Shown here: piece by piece, positions 22,121-35,695 of the stretch
Layout of the letters: each line of letters opens with the position of its first letter
How positions within the stretch are numbered: the stretch's first letter is position 1
Assembly: GCA_030141605.1 (NCBI GenBank)
Contig: JAQGDQ010000161.1
Coordinates: 62,001 to 126,000 of the forward strand
DNA from: Tubiluchus corallicola
Taxonomy: Eukaryota > Animalia > Priapulida
DNA length: 64,000 bases
Direction of reading: 5' to 3'
Notes under the pieces: model-generated
Databases searched by the model: none
Told to the model about the DNA's origin: nothing
The model's input: only the letters and a program-made list of their open reading frames with translations
Position numbers and translations under genes: made by a program

Positions 22121-22909
22121 CTAGCAAAGGCCCCGCAAAAGATTTTGCGTAAAAAACCATGTGTAATCAATAATACGCGAACATCCTACCTAGTCCTCAT
22201 TTATAACACAAAGCCCGTAACATCATGCCTACTGTTTGTTTAACTAACGCAAAGCCTGTAGCTTTTTGCTGAATTAAAGTTATAAGCAGAGTAGAGTACA
22301 ATGGATGACGTCAGAACAATGCCTTTGCGTCAGCACTTTTCTAAGTGAAAATTGCCGAAAATAGAACTCCTAATTAACTCGTCAATACTCCTCTCGGTGG
22401 ACGTGTCCCAACATATAACCCACATCATCGTGTAGCACTGTCCTTCCTCTTTGTAAAAAGCTATATATCTCCTTCCGAGAGTCCCACCGGGCGACGCTAG
22501 AACGTTTTTCCCGCAGGCTGTTTGGTCAAAATTTCGAAAAAATCGCGAGTTGGCTCAGGAAAAACGCCCGTTGCGGGGCGCCGTGGTCCTCTCGCGAATT
22601 CTAAATATGCCTACTACACCCACCGCTGAACGGGCTATCTATCCATACCCAGCACCACCCTCGGCCCGTTCCCGTTCTCTACATCTCAGCCGTATAACTT
22701 TTGTAAAAAACGGCCGAAAATGGCCATTTTTGGAGGTTTTTCGCCCCCCCCCTTTCCTCTCGGTGGGGGGCACGATTCGAAAAATAAACCATCAATGGCA
22801 CGACACTAGATCGAGACCTTTCGTTTGATATATAGATCTCCGCAAATGGTGCCCTCGTCCGGGCTGTAGCCTCGAATCTATACCAAGAATATTAATATAA
22901 GAGTATAGA
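22121..22909 (-). mobile_element. Non-autonomous Helitron, copy 2 (head-to-tail with copy 1)
   Basis: On minus it starts A|TCTATACTCTTATATT and ends with the same hairpin plus CTAG. Colinear with copy 1, roughly 90% identical by eye. Confidence 0.85.
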
Positions 22910-23378
22910 TCAAAATGTATTTAACTCCTGTTGTTGATTAATAGCATTATTAACCCAAAGTGTTTTTATCATTTCATAACAATTTTCACCTGTATTTCAC
23001 ATCAAATCTAAATGCAATTTTTAGTTTAATCAAGATTGACCTTATTTTGTTGCCCGCTAATTAAACTACATTAATACAATCTTTTCTGGATTATATAGAA
23101 AATGTCATAATTTTAAAAATTACTAATGTTTCCTAAATTAAACTGATAACATTAATGCCCACCAGTGTCTAAAAAATCTTTTTATCTCTATTCGGTAGAC
23201 GATAGCAGACTAGGTGACTTTATAGTCTTTTCGCTATCATTTCTCTAGTTCTAGATCTATCTATACATTTTAACCATTCTTCAAAACTTATTAGAGATTC
23301 TTTTATTAATCATGTTTTATTGTAGGATTATAAAGAGATAAATAAATCAAAATTGAAATGAATTGAATTGAATTGAAT

Positions 23379-26139
23379 TAAGAACGCGTCCGCGAGAAGA
23401 CCATGCAAAATCGAAAAATTCCGGCACAAGGCTAGGTAACCGATTCGGACCAAAGTTCGGGTATGAGGTCCATTAGTCACTAGTATTCACTATGTGAATC
23501 CGTTTGGTCCAACTCCTCATAGTAGCAGAGATACGGCATAGGCCGATTTTCATGAAAAAATACCTATTTTTCTCTATTTTTTACTCATATTTGAAGGATT
23601 AGCCATGCAGCGACCACTGAGTTTGAATAGATCTGACTCTGCACAGTATTGGATCTTGTTATCTTCTCCAAAATGACATTTCGACTTTTGTCCCAAACCC
23701 CCCTCTTTCGGCTCTACTGGGGGTCTTTAAGCTCGCATTACGCACAAGATGAAAATACTCAGTCATTTCAAAGTCTTATATCTCACCCACTGCGGGGGCG
23801 GGGACAAAAATATCGATATGTATGTGAATAGAGCATCCCATCCCACTATGCTGTAGTGACAATTTTGATGGAGCGAATTTCCACCATATTATAAATGACC
23901 TCTGAAAGAGGCATATATCAGGGTGAAAATATAGGTAACAACTTTCATCAAAAAGCTTCGTGTAGATAAACATGAGTTGTCAAATCTTGTCAAAATACTT
24001 CAAAACGTCATAAATATTCATCTTTGGCAACTAGGGGCCTGGCCAGCACATTGGTTAAACTACCGACAGGATTGGATTCCAGCATTCAAGATGGCGGCCA
24101 CTGCTGAACTAAAATGTTCGTTTTCTGGGCTGTTTACCAGCGTTAAATGCGGTATTCTGACTAGTTATCCGCACGAAACGAATATTGTGAATCTATTAGC
24201 CTGTACCAAAGACACTGGACCGCATTTATAGCGCTTCCATCTTCAAAAAAATGAAATATCTACGGAATGGAAATTGCTTCTTGCAAGGACTGGAAATAGT
24301 TTTATGTACTGTTTATTTTCTATGCTTTGTAAATGTTATGTACAGGTTATTACTTAGTTATTACTCATTGTCTTACATAGGCGTACAAGCCAGGACACAA
24401 AGAAAATTGCCTTAAATCTGAGCGAATGCCCAAAAAATATGGGACAGACTTCCCCCAAAATATCATTTGTCCGGTGATTTTTTGACTGTAAAACATTGAA
24501 AATTTTTGTGCCTTTCAATCATTCAATCGCACTATTAATATTTCTTGTCAGAAGTATCGATTTTGTGCCACAAATAAATTTTGGGCGAAGAAAAATTTTC
24601 TGAGCTAAATATCACCGCCATCCCCCTAGAAGCGGCCCATGCGCTTATATTGTCTCATGTTTAGACTGTAAGATTTTCGCTTTATCACTTTCCCTATGAT
24701 ATATTTGTCTATATTTCTGTATCTATCTTCTAGAGATAATCTACCTGTATCGATAATTCTTTCTCTATTATTTAGATGTTATGGTTTTGATTACATGTAC
24801 TACTCTTCAGTGATAGGATTATGCTGCTACAATAGGAGAGTATTTTGGACTTAGAGAAATTAATTCTGACTGAGTTTTGTAGTTTTTCATTTTTGTACTG
24901 ATATTCATAATCTTCTATGTATAGCCATGAAGCTTATTCATATAAAAAGTATAAAAAATCAACATATGTATAAAAATGAACGGATTTCTAATTTACATGT
25001 ATATGCCAAGTGTTGTCAGATTCATTCGCTAGCAATGACTCTCAATCCTAACAATCGGTACTTCTTTTCTATTAGAGGGCTTATTGTTTAGTCTTTCCTG
25101 GTATCCGCTAGCGATTCAGTGTGTAGAGAATGCCCTGAATCAGGGTCGGACTCGGTACTAGGGGCATGCATGATGTCCTGTCCTGAAATCCATCAGAAGA
25201 GGCAATTATTCATATTTGTAGTCATATGAAAATACCGACATAACTAAATCAATTTAAGATGAAATTCGCAAATTTCTAGCAATTTCCATGGCAAAGGAAT
25301 CTATTGCTACTAGGAAATGAGAGCACTAGTCACAGAAAATGCAGGTTAAACGTGGCTAAATGTTTACTGTCACATACGACCTGAGCCGAGTATGTCTGCT
25401 TTTCACACATGGACGGAATTACTATGGAAAGTAAAAAAGTGTGTTGATATGGCAATTTTTTCTAACAGTGCCCCCTCTATATAATGTCATTCATGATATT
25501 ATCTCAGCTCGTGCGTTTTCATGAAATTTAGAATACAGATTTGTCACTTATAATCCAGCATATAGATAGAAAAAATATTGAAAAACTACAAAAAAAGCGA
25601 ATTTTGCTGATTTTTGTAAAATTTTAAAGTGCCAGTACTAAATACTCAAACAGGCTCCAGCGAATTTTCTTTTTTATATTATTAGTGAGGATGATGGTCA
25701 ACACATACATGAAAACCGGAAGTTCTGTAGCCCCGCAGTGGGCGAGTTATGAGCCTTACAACTTAACCTCTCCCGGGACTCTTAACAAAGAGCCGAATTT
25801 GAAAAATCCCGTTCTCTGATACTATTAATAGTATGTCAGAAAAAGTTAGGATATCAGAAGACAATGTCTGGGTCTATGTACCAGCCAACTTACATCGACC
25901 CATCTATAACAGTTTATACAGGAGAAAAAGTTAAAATAACCCCCCAAAATAGCGATTTTTTGCCTCTTTCGGGGTCAATTTCTTGATGTGGTCATTTCTC
26001 TGCCAATAGTAGCTCGATCGATTTGATATCTTGGTTACATGGTTTTGGGGGGACGCCCTTCATGTTGGAAAAAAATGATATAAATTCGTCACCCCTCATG
26101 TGCCACCCCCTGCATGGTGCTCTCGCGGACTCGTTCTTA
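23379..26139. mobile_element. Putative element with long degenerate inverted arms, or two inverted copies of one repeat family
   Basis: TAAGAACGCGTCCGCGAGAAGACCATGCA (23379) matches the reverse complement TAAGAACGAGTCCGCGAGAGCACCATGCA (ending 26139). A second matched motif, CCCACTGCGGGG / CCCCGCAGTGGG, lies about 400 bp inside each end. Confidence 0.5.
24376..24649. mobile_element. hAT-like MITE
   Basis: Imperfect TIRs CATAGGCGTA / TGCGCTTATA; 8-bp TSD ttgtctta / ttgtctca. Confidence 0.6.
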
Positions 26140-27180
26140 GCTATAGAAGAAATGTGGGTAGACCACTTCATATTGTTATCAGTATGCAACCCAAGGTATT
26201 TTATACTACTACTTTGTGTTAGAGTTATGTCGCCAATTTTGAGTTCAAAAGTGGAAGAGTCTTGTTGTGAAAGGTTCCTGCTGATTAACATATACTTAGT
26301 TTTAGTGTAATTAACAGATAATTTATTTACTCTCATTAAATCATCAATTTTTTTTAGTTCATTGTTAGTGCGATATTGTAAAGCTAAATAGTTAGTAGAT
26401 GTGAGGAAGAGTGTTAAAATCAGTAGCAAGAGGTAGGTCATTGATATAGATGATGAAAAGCAGCGGCCCAAGAGTGGATCATTGAGGTACACCACAGTTT
26501 ATGTCTAGCAAATCAGAGCATGTATTCTTAATAGTGGTGAACTGCTGTCGGTTAGTTAAGTAAGATTTAAGGAGATCCAAGACAGGGCCTCTGATTGCAT
26601 AATAATGTAATTTATGTAGTAGAGTATCATGTTGAACTGTGTCAAAAGCTTTAGATAAATCTAAGAATATTGCACAAGTGAATAGTTTTTTGTCTAAATT
26701 TAGAAGCATATTTTCTACAAATTCAGAAGTAGCTAATGAAGTAGAGTAAGTTTTGCAAAAACCAAATTGAAATTTTGTTAGTATATTACTTGAAGTGAGA
26801 AAATTGTTAGTGCGATTACAAATAATATTTTCAGAAATTTTGGAACCTGGAGACAGGAGAGAAATTGGACGATAATTTGGTAGGTTGTTTGGCTAATCAT
26901 TTTTATAAAGTGGTTTTACTTTAGCTACTTTTAGACATTTAGGAAAGGTTCCTTCAGAAACTACCATATTAAATAATCAAGAAAGTACTGGGACTATTAA
27001 ATCAGTTGCTAATTTGTAGAATTTAACCGGGACATTTTCTGGGCCAGCTGATTTATTTTCGTTAAGTTTATTAAGAGACAACAATGTTTCGAATTCAGAG
27101 ATAGGATAAAAGACAAATCATTTGGAGCATTTAAGAATGATTGGTAAGTCTTCGAAGTAGATGGGATTTTATTGGCCATA
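26140..27180 (-). mobile_element. Decayed CR1/L2-type LINE reverse transcriptase fragment
   Basis: NYRPISLL, QFGF, FLDLSKAFDTV, GVPQ/GS.LGPLLF, TKYMLI, KYLGL..D....W..HI motifs with frameshifts; truncated at about 26140. Confidence 0.85.
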
Positions 27181-28229
27181 TTACTACCTACAGACTGGAG
27201 AATTTGTTAAATGCATTAGCAATAGAGAGGTAGTCACTTATGGTATGAGTGTAGGGTATGGTATGGTATGAGTATAGCCATTTTGTAAATACTTGAAACA
27301 AACTTCCTGAGAATATATTGAATGCTACTTCAGTTCCACAGTTAAAAGCGCAAAAGCTTTGATTCTGGGCCAATCATCCTGAGAAGTACACTGACCCTAA
27401 AATTCCCCAGTAGCAGCAAGATGCTTTGATAAAACCTGACACTTCATCACTGCTACATGAACATGATCAGATTGTTAACACAGGTAAAGCATTCAGTAAA
27501 GATTGAAGGGATAAAAAGCAATCATCTACTATTTCAGATGATAGTTGAATGCGCGATTTTGCTGGCTAATCAAGCAACCCATATTGATCGAGATGTTAAC
27601 CGAATAATTTTTCCACTTCGAAAATAGGCTTAATGTTTAGCTATTTTTCATGCTAGCATATATGATAATATATTAATAGCTGCATGATTAATAAATTTTA
27701 ATACTAATAGTACTAATACTAAAGTAATAGCACAATCTATAACGTACAATTCAAGCTTCACAATCAGAGTAATTTTTGGCATATTTATGTTGCAATTGTG
27801 CTGTTGAAAGTAGAAAAATGATTTTATCTTACTAAAGGAAAACAAAACAAAACATTAAAAAAAGCAAAGCACACAATAACCTGCAACTCTGTAACATTAC
27901 ATGATTGCGACCATGATTACAGCAACATTTCGGTTTCAATACGAATATTCTTGAAAGTATAATCTAAACAAAATTAGTTCTGTTCAGTCCTGTTTGTTTA
28001 TAATTTACCGCCACTTCGCCAAAGAAAGACGCGTCTTATGCTGAATATTGATTATTTGTAATGATTAATACAGACATGTAGTTTAATGTTCAAATTGTTC
28101 ATAGGCTGCAAATGGTCTGATGTATACTTGTCGAACTTCGGGTTCACATAATAAAACAAGCTGTACTTTCTAGGTGTCATGCAGCAATTTCTATTTTTTT
28201 GGTTAATACCTTACCCAAGAATGCCTTAT

Positions 28230-30230
28230 TCAAAGAAATATAAGGACCTAGATGGTAACTGTCTGTAAACGGTCTTTTCTCATATGCCTTTTGAAACTGT
28301 TAACTGATGAAGCACTAATGGTTGATGATGAAAGATGATTCTATGGCTGAACTATACAATGTCCAAAGAAGTGTAATCTGACGTTGGTTCTAGCTGGTTG
28401 CACAAATAACTCAGACTCATGACCACAAAGAACTCTGTAAGGCCTTGAAAAAGTCTGACTCTGTCAACAGTATTTCCACTAATTATTTTGAAGCAGTTCA
28501 GGTCTACAGTCTCACACCTCTCGAGAGTAGAAATCGAAGTGGGAATCAAATCAATAGCAGGACAAGTACATCTGTCCTGAGTTCTTTCGAGAGCATTCTT
28601 GAGAATAGCATACTGGGCTGACCATGAAACTGACATATATTCTAGAATGGGTCGAGCAACACCTTTATAGAGAGGAATAATTGTTGCTGCATTTCTCAAT
28701 ATCACACAGCCAATATGACGGTTTTCTTTTGCAGCAATGTGGTTCACATGGGAATTCCATATGAGGTCACTAGAAATCACTACTCCCAAGCTTTTAATAC
28801 TTTTTCAGCCATTTGAGCATTATTTGGAAAGGTAGTGTAATAGGCATATTCTAAGTAAAGCACATTTACTGGGTTTAAGGGTCATCAACCATTTACTGCA
28901 CCAATCTAAAATTTTATCAAAGTCATGTTGTAAAACATAATGATCAAGATGATCCAAAATTGAAGGAAAGGGTTTTAATCATCAACAAATAATGGGATGC
29001 TAGTCCCTGGGGAAATACAATTGGTGATGGAAGCACTATGGGCCACTCAAGATTCCCTGAGCGACATTACTTATAACGGGATGCCATTCAGTGGGTATAT
29101 CTCTAAGAACTACAAGTTGGAAATGATGGGTAAGAAAGTAACTGAACCACTTAAGAAGCTTACCTCTTATACTAGAATGTTCCATCTTAAGTAAGAGACG
29201 TTCGTTGGGGACAGAATCAAATGCCTTTTTAAAGTCAAGATAAAGTACATCAATACTAGGCAAAGTAGGATCATCGAAAAAGCTAGTCCACTGGTTTAAA
29301 CACCACAATAGATTAGAGACGACTCAACATAGAGGAAGAGAACCATGTTGGGTGTTACATATTCGTTCAGTTTGAATAAGAAAAGTTAGAATACTGTCCC
29401 ACAACACGGATTCAAAGATTTGACAACTACTTGTGACAAAGATATGGGAGAAAATCTGTTGTGGAGATCCACTAGAATGTTCTATAGATAGTAGAACCAA
29501 TCTTCTTACCTTATAGAAGCAGTCGAAGTTTTGAGAACTTTCTATATGCAATGCGTGTAGTAGTTTTTAGATTGTTCATTGCACTGATATATAAGGCAGA
29601 GCTGGCCATTCAAGTTTATTCTCATATTTTCAGATTCTCAGATACGCACGCTCTTGTTTACATGTTTCCAGATTATCACTTGTCTGTACATATTTCGTGT
29701 TCCTTCATTCTTTTGTGTTGTGGAAATCTCACACAATAAACTAGTTTAATTTGACAACGTGTTTTCTGGTTTTCTCTACGAGTCTTCTGAGAGAAAGAAA
29801 CACAACAAAATCATCACACGAAGAACACGCATTTGACTGTTTAGGGATGGGGTTAACATTACAATTAAGCCAGCATTGGGGGAGGACTCCAGAATCAAGA
29901 CATTTGAGGGACAAAAATGAAAAGACGTAGGGATGGGGTTAACATTACAGTTAAGCCAGCATTGGGGGAGGACTCCAGAATCAAGACTTTTAAGGGATAA
30001 AAGAGAAAGAGGGAGAGCAAGCTGAAAAACATAGGATTTCAAAACAAAACCATGAACTTTAGTAGGCCCTGTAGCCTCAAATGGTGTTAAGTTAATAAGC
30101 TTAGTATATACATTGTTAACACTGAAATTAATGTCATTCAGAGAAGAAGGTATTCCAGTCAGAAGAAAGAATAAGCAAGACGTTATCATCAGGCTCATTG
30201 GTGAATAAATAAGCAAAAGCATCATTTATT
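28230..30230 (-). mobile_element. Decayed CR1-type LINE ORF2 (second family), with an internal insertion and a ~62-bp duplication
   Basis: LALPLSLL..KSLDSGVLP, QHG, LYLDFKKAFDSVP, QGILSGP, GVVISSDLIW..HV, LYK..ARPILEY motifs across broken frames; direct repeat at about 29843 and 29929. Confidence 0.85.
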
Positions 30231-31536
30231 GTAGAAGCGACCTTTTCAGGACAAGTAACAACATCATAAGTGAAGAATTCTTTGCTCAACCTTCTTGCAA
30301 GCTATTTGCGTACCTCATCCATGCATGGTGAATAGACAACCTTAACTGCTGGGATTGTCTGGCATACTCAGCAAGAGCACTCCACAGATTAATAATTAAT
30401 ATAATTTAATCACAGGTTAATTTTTTTCATCAATGATTTTTTTACTCAAACTGTTTTTTTCTGTTTACATTGTATGCTGATGTATTGTATATGTGTTGCT
30501 GGAGTCAAATAAACTGATTATTGATTATAAATGATTATTGATTCTTGTATTGATTATAATCATTAGTCACACAATGAACTACAGAAGATTGGACTAGGAC
30601 TTTTGATCAACATTTGACAATGCACGTCATTTGCTCTGGTCTCTCCTGTTATTAATATTTTGAAGAGGGAAAAAAATCATGCAGTCTGCCACTGAAGGAC
30701 TTAAGGTCAAAAGAAGAAGCATGGCGAATATTTAATTTTAAAGCTGGAAAGATAAAGAGCAATACATATTGGTTCTACGTAACGGTCATATGGCATTTAT
30801 AAACTAAAACTTTGTTTTGCTCTATTGTAGCATTTGTGCAAGCATACCTGTGAGTAGAAAATACTACTCACAGGTATTTTGAGTAGTAAATAACCTAGTA
30901 GCACAATATACGTTGTTACTCGCCCTAAATAAAGGGGATTTAGGCACCAGACGGGTTTGAACTTAGTTAAAAGGTCACTTAAAATCCAAAAACAATGGTT
31001 AGATCGGAAAATGCTGAGTTAGTTACTATGTACGAGAAGACACATGGGCAGCAGATTTGGGTCTAGCGGCCAATGTCCTGCCTGAGACGTTCAAGGGAGA
31101 AGTGCCATTAGCTGTCCACAGAACTTAGAGGGCTAAGAATGGGCCATACTCAGCACCCTATGGATTCAAAATGACTTGAAATTTGCGTTTTCTACGAATA
31201 CTAATTTTCATTTATATTAGAAATGAGTGCTCTATATGTGTAAGAAGGATGTATATGATATACCTGCAACATGAGATGGATAGCCAAGCTAATTACAGTA
31301 AATAATTTATTTGGACAATTTAATTTCTTACCAAGGAGTAAAAGACTTAGACTGTTATATAAGCTGCTAAAATCTTCTCAAAAGTGCTAAAGCCTTGGGT
31401 TAGTGCTGTAAATAAAAATTTCCTCAGCAGAGTTAGAAGTACTACTCCAGTCATGTTATGACGGTTTTCGACAGGGTTTAAACATCTAATGTAAGATTTT
31501 TTTATTCAGTTTTGTAAGTCTGTTAACCTAGCTAAG

Positions 31537-32068
31537 GGCACAGCAAAAAAAGCTGTTCTGAAACCACTTACCGCAACACATAACAAAATTATCAAAACAA
31601 TGACTTTTGCTGGGTTCCGAGATCATGCTACCCCTTCCTATTATGCTTTGCAATTATTAAAAATTAATGAAATTTATAAGCTTGAGTTAGCGAAATTCAT
31701 GTTCAACTATAAAATGCGCATTCTACCTAAATTATACGGCAATTTTTTCAAAAAGATTAGTGACGTTCACCAGTATTCTACGAGAGCAGCTACCAAACAA
31801 AACTATTTTCAGGAAAGATTTAACACAACAAAAGGTCTACAAACTTTAAAACATAATGGTACAATTCTATGGAATACTCTTTCAGATGATACTTTATCAG
31901 GCGCATAGCGCCTATTAAAAATGTTCATCACTAACCAAAGGGCAGCTGACTAGATGACCAATTGGTCTTTCGCTGCCCTTTCTCCACATTTTTGTTACCA
32001 AATTAATTGTATTACAACTGTGCGTGTGTTAAAAGATAAATAAAAGATTATTATTATTATCATTATTA
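31537..32068 (+). mobile_element. 3' end of a CR1/L2-type LINE with 3' UTR hairpin and (ATT)n tail
   Basis: ORF2 C-terminus (HNKIIKTMTF...LLKINEIYKLELAKFM...HQYSTR...G.ILWN), stem-loop AGGGCAGC...GACCAATTGGTC...GCTGCCCT, then AATAAA and ATT repeats. Confidence 0.8.
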
Positions 32069-33743
32069 GCTAATCACCATCATCGGTCTTGATTCCTAAT
32101 GCCCTGAACCCTGGCTCGTTACACATTGCATCTTACTATAATGTATGCCTGTCAGTTTGTCATGCTGTCAATAGCTGATGGCTGATACCTGCCTTAGGAT
32201 ACCTTACTTTACCACTTACTAGTAGCTGATGACTAATGCACATGATCATTATTATGACGACTCTTCAAACTGGCAAAAGTGTTGGTGTCAAGCAATTTAA
32301 TCTAGCTTTCTATCATTATTTGTTTTCTTTCCGTATTTTTACAAACATGCATTTCCTGAAACTGTTTAAAATGAAGCCAGCCTTAGTCATGTGACCTAAG
32401 CTTTAGTAGTATACGCCACCTATCAATCACACTTGTTCTTACACGTAGTCACATTTTCTGTTGCCGCTATGGTGATCATGCCGTTTGGTGATACTTGCAT
32501 TGCTTTGTCTATTTTGTTGCAATTTAACAGTCACTAGTTGTATTTTCAAGCCAAAGTTGTCACCAGTAAATGTAAGTCACCATCTACTTTAATAATTAGT
32601 TAAAAGTTTATATTGGTTCGAATTGCTTCAAATCTCTAGAATCATAAAGTAATAATTTGTGTTTCAGTCTTCTTAAATCTAACTTTTCATTTTGTCTAAA
32701 TAGTAATAAGCTTTAGCATATTCTTAAGCACTTTTTGTGATCTGTTATTTTAATAAATTGCAGGTCTATTGCACAGTTCAATACTGATTTTTGCCGTTTC
32801 TTTGCCTAGACTGGGCGCATCCACAAAAAGCATGTTGCCTTAGAGATAATACAAGCTTGTCAGTCACTCTAACTCATTCCCTCTGTCATGTACCATTGTC
32901 CATCGGACTTCCATTTGACCTGCTCCCCTCCCAAAAATGTGCGTTTCACAAGTGGAGGGTTTTCGTCTTTACAAATGACTAAGAAAGATTTCCGTTAATG
33001 GTTGTAACCAGTTGTTATGCGCTTTGTTCAGTTTGTTGAATAATTTTCGGCAGTGCTGTTGTTGTGATTATACTTCGTATTGTGGAACAATGTATTAATA
33101 CAGAAAAGTTATGTGATTTCAGTTTTGGCTAGGTATTGTGTGCATATTGTAATTTGTTTACTTCTCCTTCAGGAATTTAAAATTACTCGTCACATCTTCA
33201 GGGTGATTGATTGGGTAACTTTTAGTTTTTCGCCACCCTTTCACCATTCACTTGAATATCATTAACTCAGATAATTTATTCATTTAATAATCTTATCACT
33301 TTGTATCATACTATCATATTGTCGTTTCATGCTCTGTGTTTTTCTTGTAAAAAAGGTGATAAATAAAGATACTTACTAAGAAAGCTAGGCTTAAAGCCGG
33401 AAAACTAAGTTCTCCTAGGTGAACGAAACACTATTGCCGGCATGTTTTTCTTGCATAGCAGAATTTTTAATCAAAAGGCGTCTCAGTGTCTAATAAATTT
33501 CACATTATAAACCTCCAAAGCAAGTTCTTGACTACTGGTTACTGTTGTTACTGTCAGTGCAAGCCTTCTTTATCTAAACACTGATTTTTCCCACATTACG
33601 CGTATCGTTGTTTTCGTAGTTTGTTAGTTTTTTGTCTATTTGTGTACCTAAATTGACTCTCACATTTCTTTTGTGGGAGTCACTTTTGATATTTGAATAT
33701 TTAGTACAACCAGTTTCATCACTATAGAAAAAGTATTCTGTTA

Positions 33744-34657
33744 CTGTTGTAGGGTGCCGAGTAAACCACTAGCCAAAGTAGGACACTTCCGGTAAAACGC
33801 ATGTGCTAAATATGCGGAAAAGCAGTGTCATACATGGGCAGCCCAAGTATGGCACTGGCGATTTTTGACGAGAATCGAGAATTATGATGACATAATAGAA
33901 CATAAAACTAAATTTGTTTTAGAAAAAAAGTAACTTTATAATACTGATAACTAGTCCCTGACAATTTTCGAAATTAATGTATTTTTTACAGTAGTATCAT
34001 CAGTATTATTAGCTCCATTAAAATCATCATAACATTAAACTAAGTATCGAATGCTTTACCGAGAGAAACTATGCACACAGTTATTACAGAAATAATTGCA
34101 AGTTTAAAAATGAAACAGATGCTGCTAAGCCTTCACTAACAAAAAAGTAATTTTTAACATTATTTTAGGAAAAGCAAAGACAATTAGTTTTAATAATTTC
34201 AGTAGTATTGTAACATGCAGGACATTGTCGTACATGGCTCGCTACCCCATGTAGGGCACATAGATCCCTAGAACGTTTACTTAAGAGAAAACAATTATTT
34301 GTCCAAGAGGTAGAAAAAATGGTCACCTATCTGTGAAACGAGACAGAATAAAAATCATGTACCTTAAACAGATGTTGAAATCACCTAAAAAGCAGGTTTA
34401 TTTCACTTCAACAACATTAATATCGAAGCCAAATTTAATATTGTCTTTTCTACCAGCTCAGAATAAAATTCTGTTATTTTGATTATTCAACGTGTATTGA
34501 CGTTTTTAGGTATTATTATTACATAAACAAGGACAACGGACAGTGCCCGTATGCTTAACGGCTCATTTAACGACCTGTTTCTAGTGTCCTACTTGGGCAG
34601 CCCATGTACGCCAATTGTCCTACTTTGGCTAGTGGGTTACTGGGCGCCCAACAACTG
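33744..34657. mobile_element. Tc1/mariner-like non-autonomous element (about 914 bp)
   Basis: About 42-bp TIRs: CTGTTGTAGGGTGCCGAGTAAACCACTAGCCAAAGTAGGACA versus TGTCCTACTTTGGCTAGTGGGTTACTGGGCGCCCAACAACTG; TA on the left flank. Confidence 0.8.
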
Positions 34658-34832
34658 TCATTTCTCCCAATATTTCTGTGCCGTCTTTGCATGACAAGAG
34701 ATGCTTTGTTGTATCTTCTGTGCTATAACTGAGTAAGTTTACTCTAATATGTAGTCTAGACTCACAAGTCTAAATATCAAAATAAATATAAAGATAAAAA
34801 GTTTTAATAAGTATGTTGTTGCAAAACCACAG

Positions 34833-35214
34833 TTAATTAAATTTTAATATCAAAACTGAAAGGTAGGAAATGCGAAAATGCGGGATTTGAACCAGGGACC
34901 TTCCGCTTGCATTGTAGTTGCCTTAAACACTAGGCCATCACATCTGTCAGTGCTCAAGACAGTCTAAAGTTCATCCCTTATTTAGCTGGCTAACCAAATT
35001 CAGCATTTCCAGTGTTAGATTGCTCACACTAGATGATCCTAACTAATTAAATTAAATTTTGTTCATAAATTGAGCCAGAAATTTCTGTGGGTGATTAGGC
35101 CTTGCTGTTAAGGTGCCTACATTATAAGCAGATGATTCCTGGTTCAAATCCAGGCTACTTACCACCTTTTTTTTACATTTCCTGTCTTTCAAATTTGGTA
35201 TCAATATTAATTAA
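34833..35214. mobile_element. Inverted pair of tRNA-like repeats (SINE-like heads facing outwards)
   Basis: B-box-like GGTTCAAATCC on - (34883-34893) and on + (35141-35151); about 120-bp degenerate inverted arms ending in TTAATTAA; related copy at about 42245-42450. Confidence 0.55.
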
Positions 35215-35695
35215 AGTTTATGCTTGTTAGTATGCAGTTAAAAACAGGTACATGTGGTTAGATGCTGATAGGAATGGGATGGCTTTACATATAGGGAGTG
35301 ATGGGGCTTCTGCAGGTGGCATTCGAATCCTGTTCCAGAGAATTACTTTGCTGGGAAAGAATTTGTGTTTATAGGCATACAGATTGATTCTCTCACTTTT
35401 AGAGGCTTCTGGGAAGGGTAGGGCCACCATATGAGATTTGATGTTGATTTGCAAAGCAAATAATTATATATGATAGCCTAATGTAACATATTAAAATGAG
35501 GGTATTTTTGGTTCCGTTTTTGAGTGTAGAATACTGCGATGATGTTGGCGGTTCTATGTTATTCACTTATTCCACAAGTAATTAATGCTTTGCTCTAGAG
35601 ATTTTTTGACAACTAAAGGTTGTTGATTTCAGCTGTGGACCAATTTGCTACAACCATCATTTTTGTATCTGCTTTTCTGCTGTATAAACTAAACA

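Noticed and set aside
21616-22828. Duplicated 91/92-aa ORFs as a paralogous gene pair
   Set aside because: They lie inside non-autonomous Helitron copies, start at TTG and show no recognisable domain.
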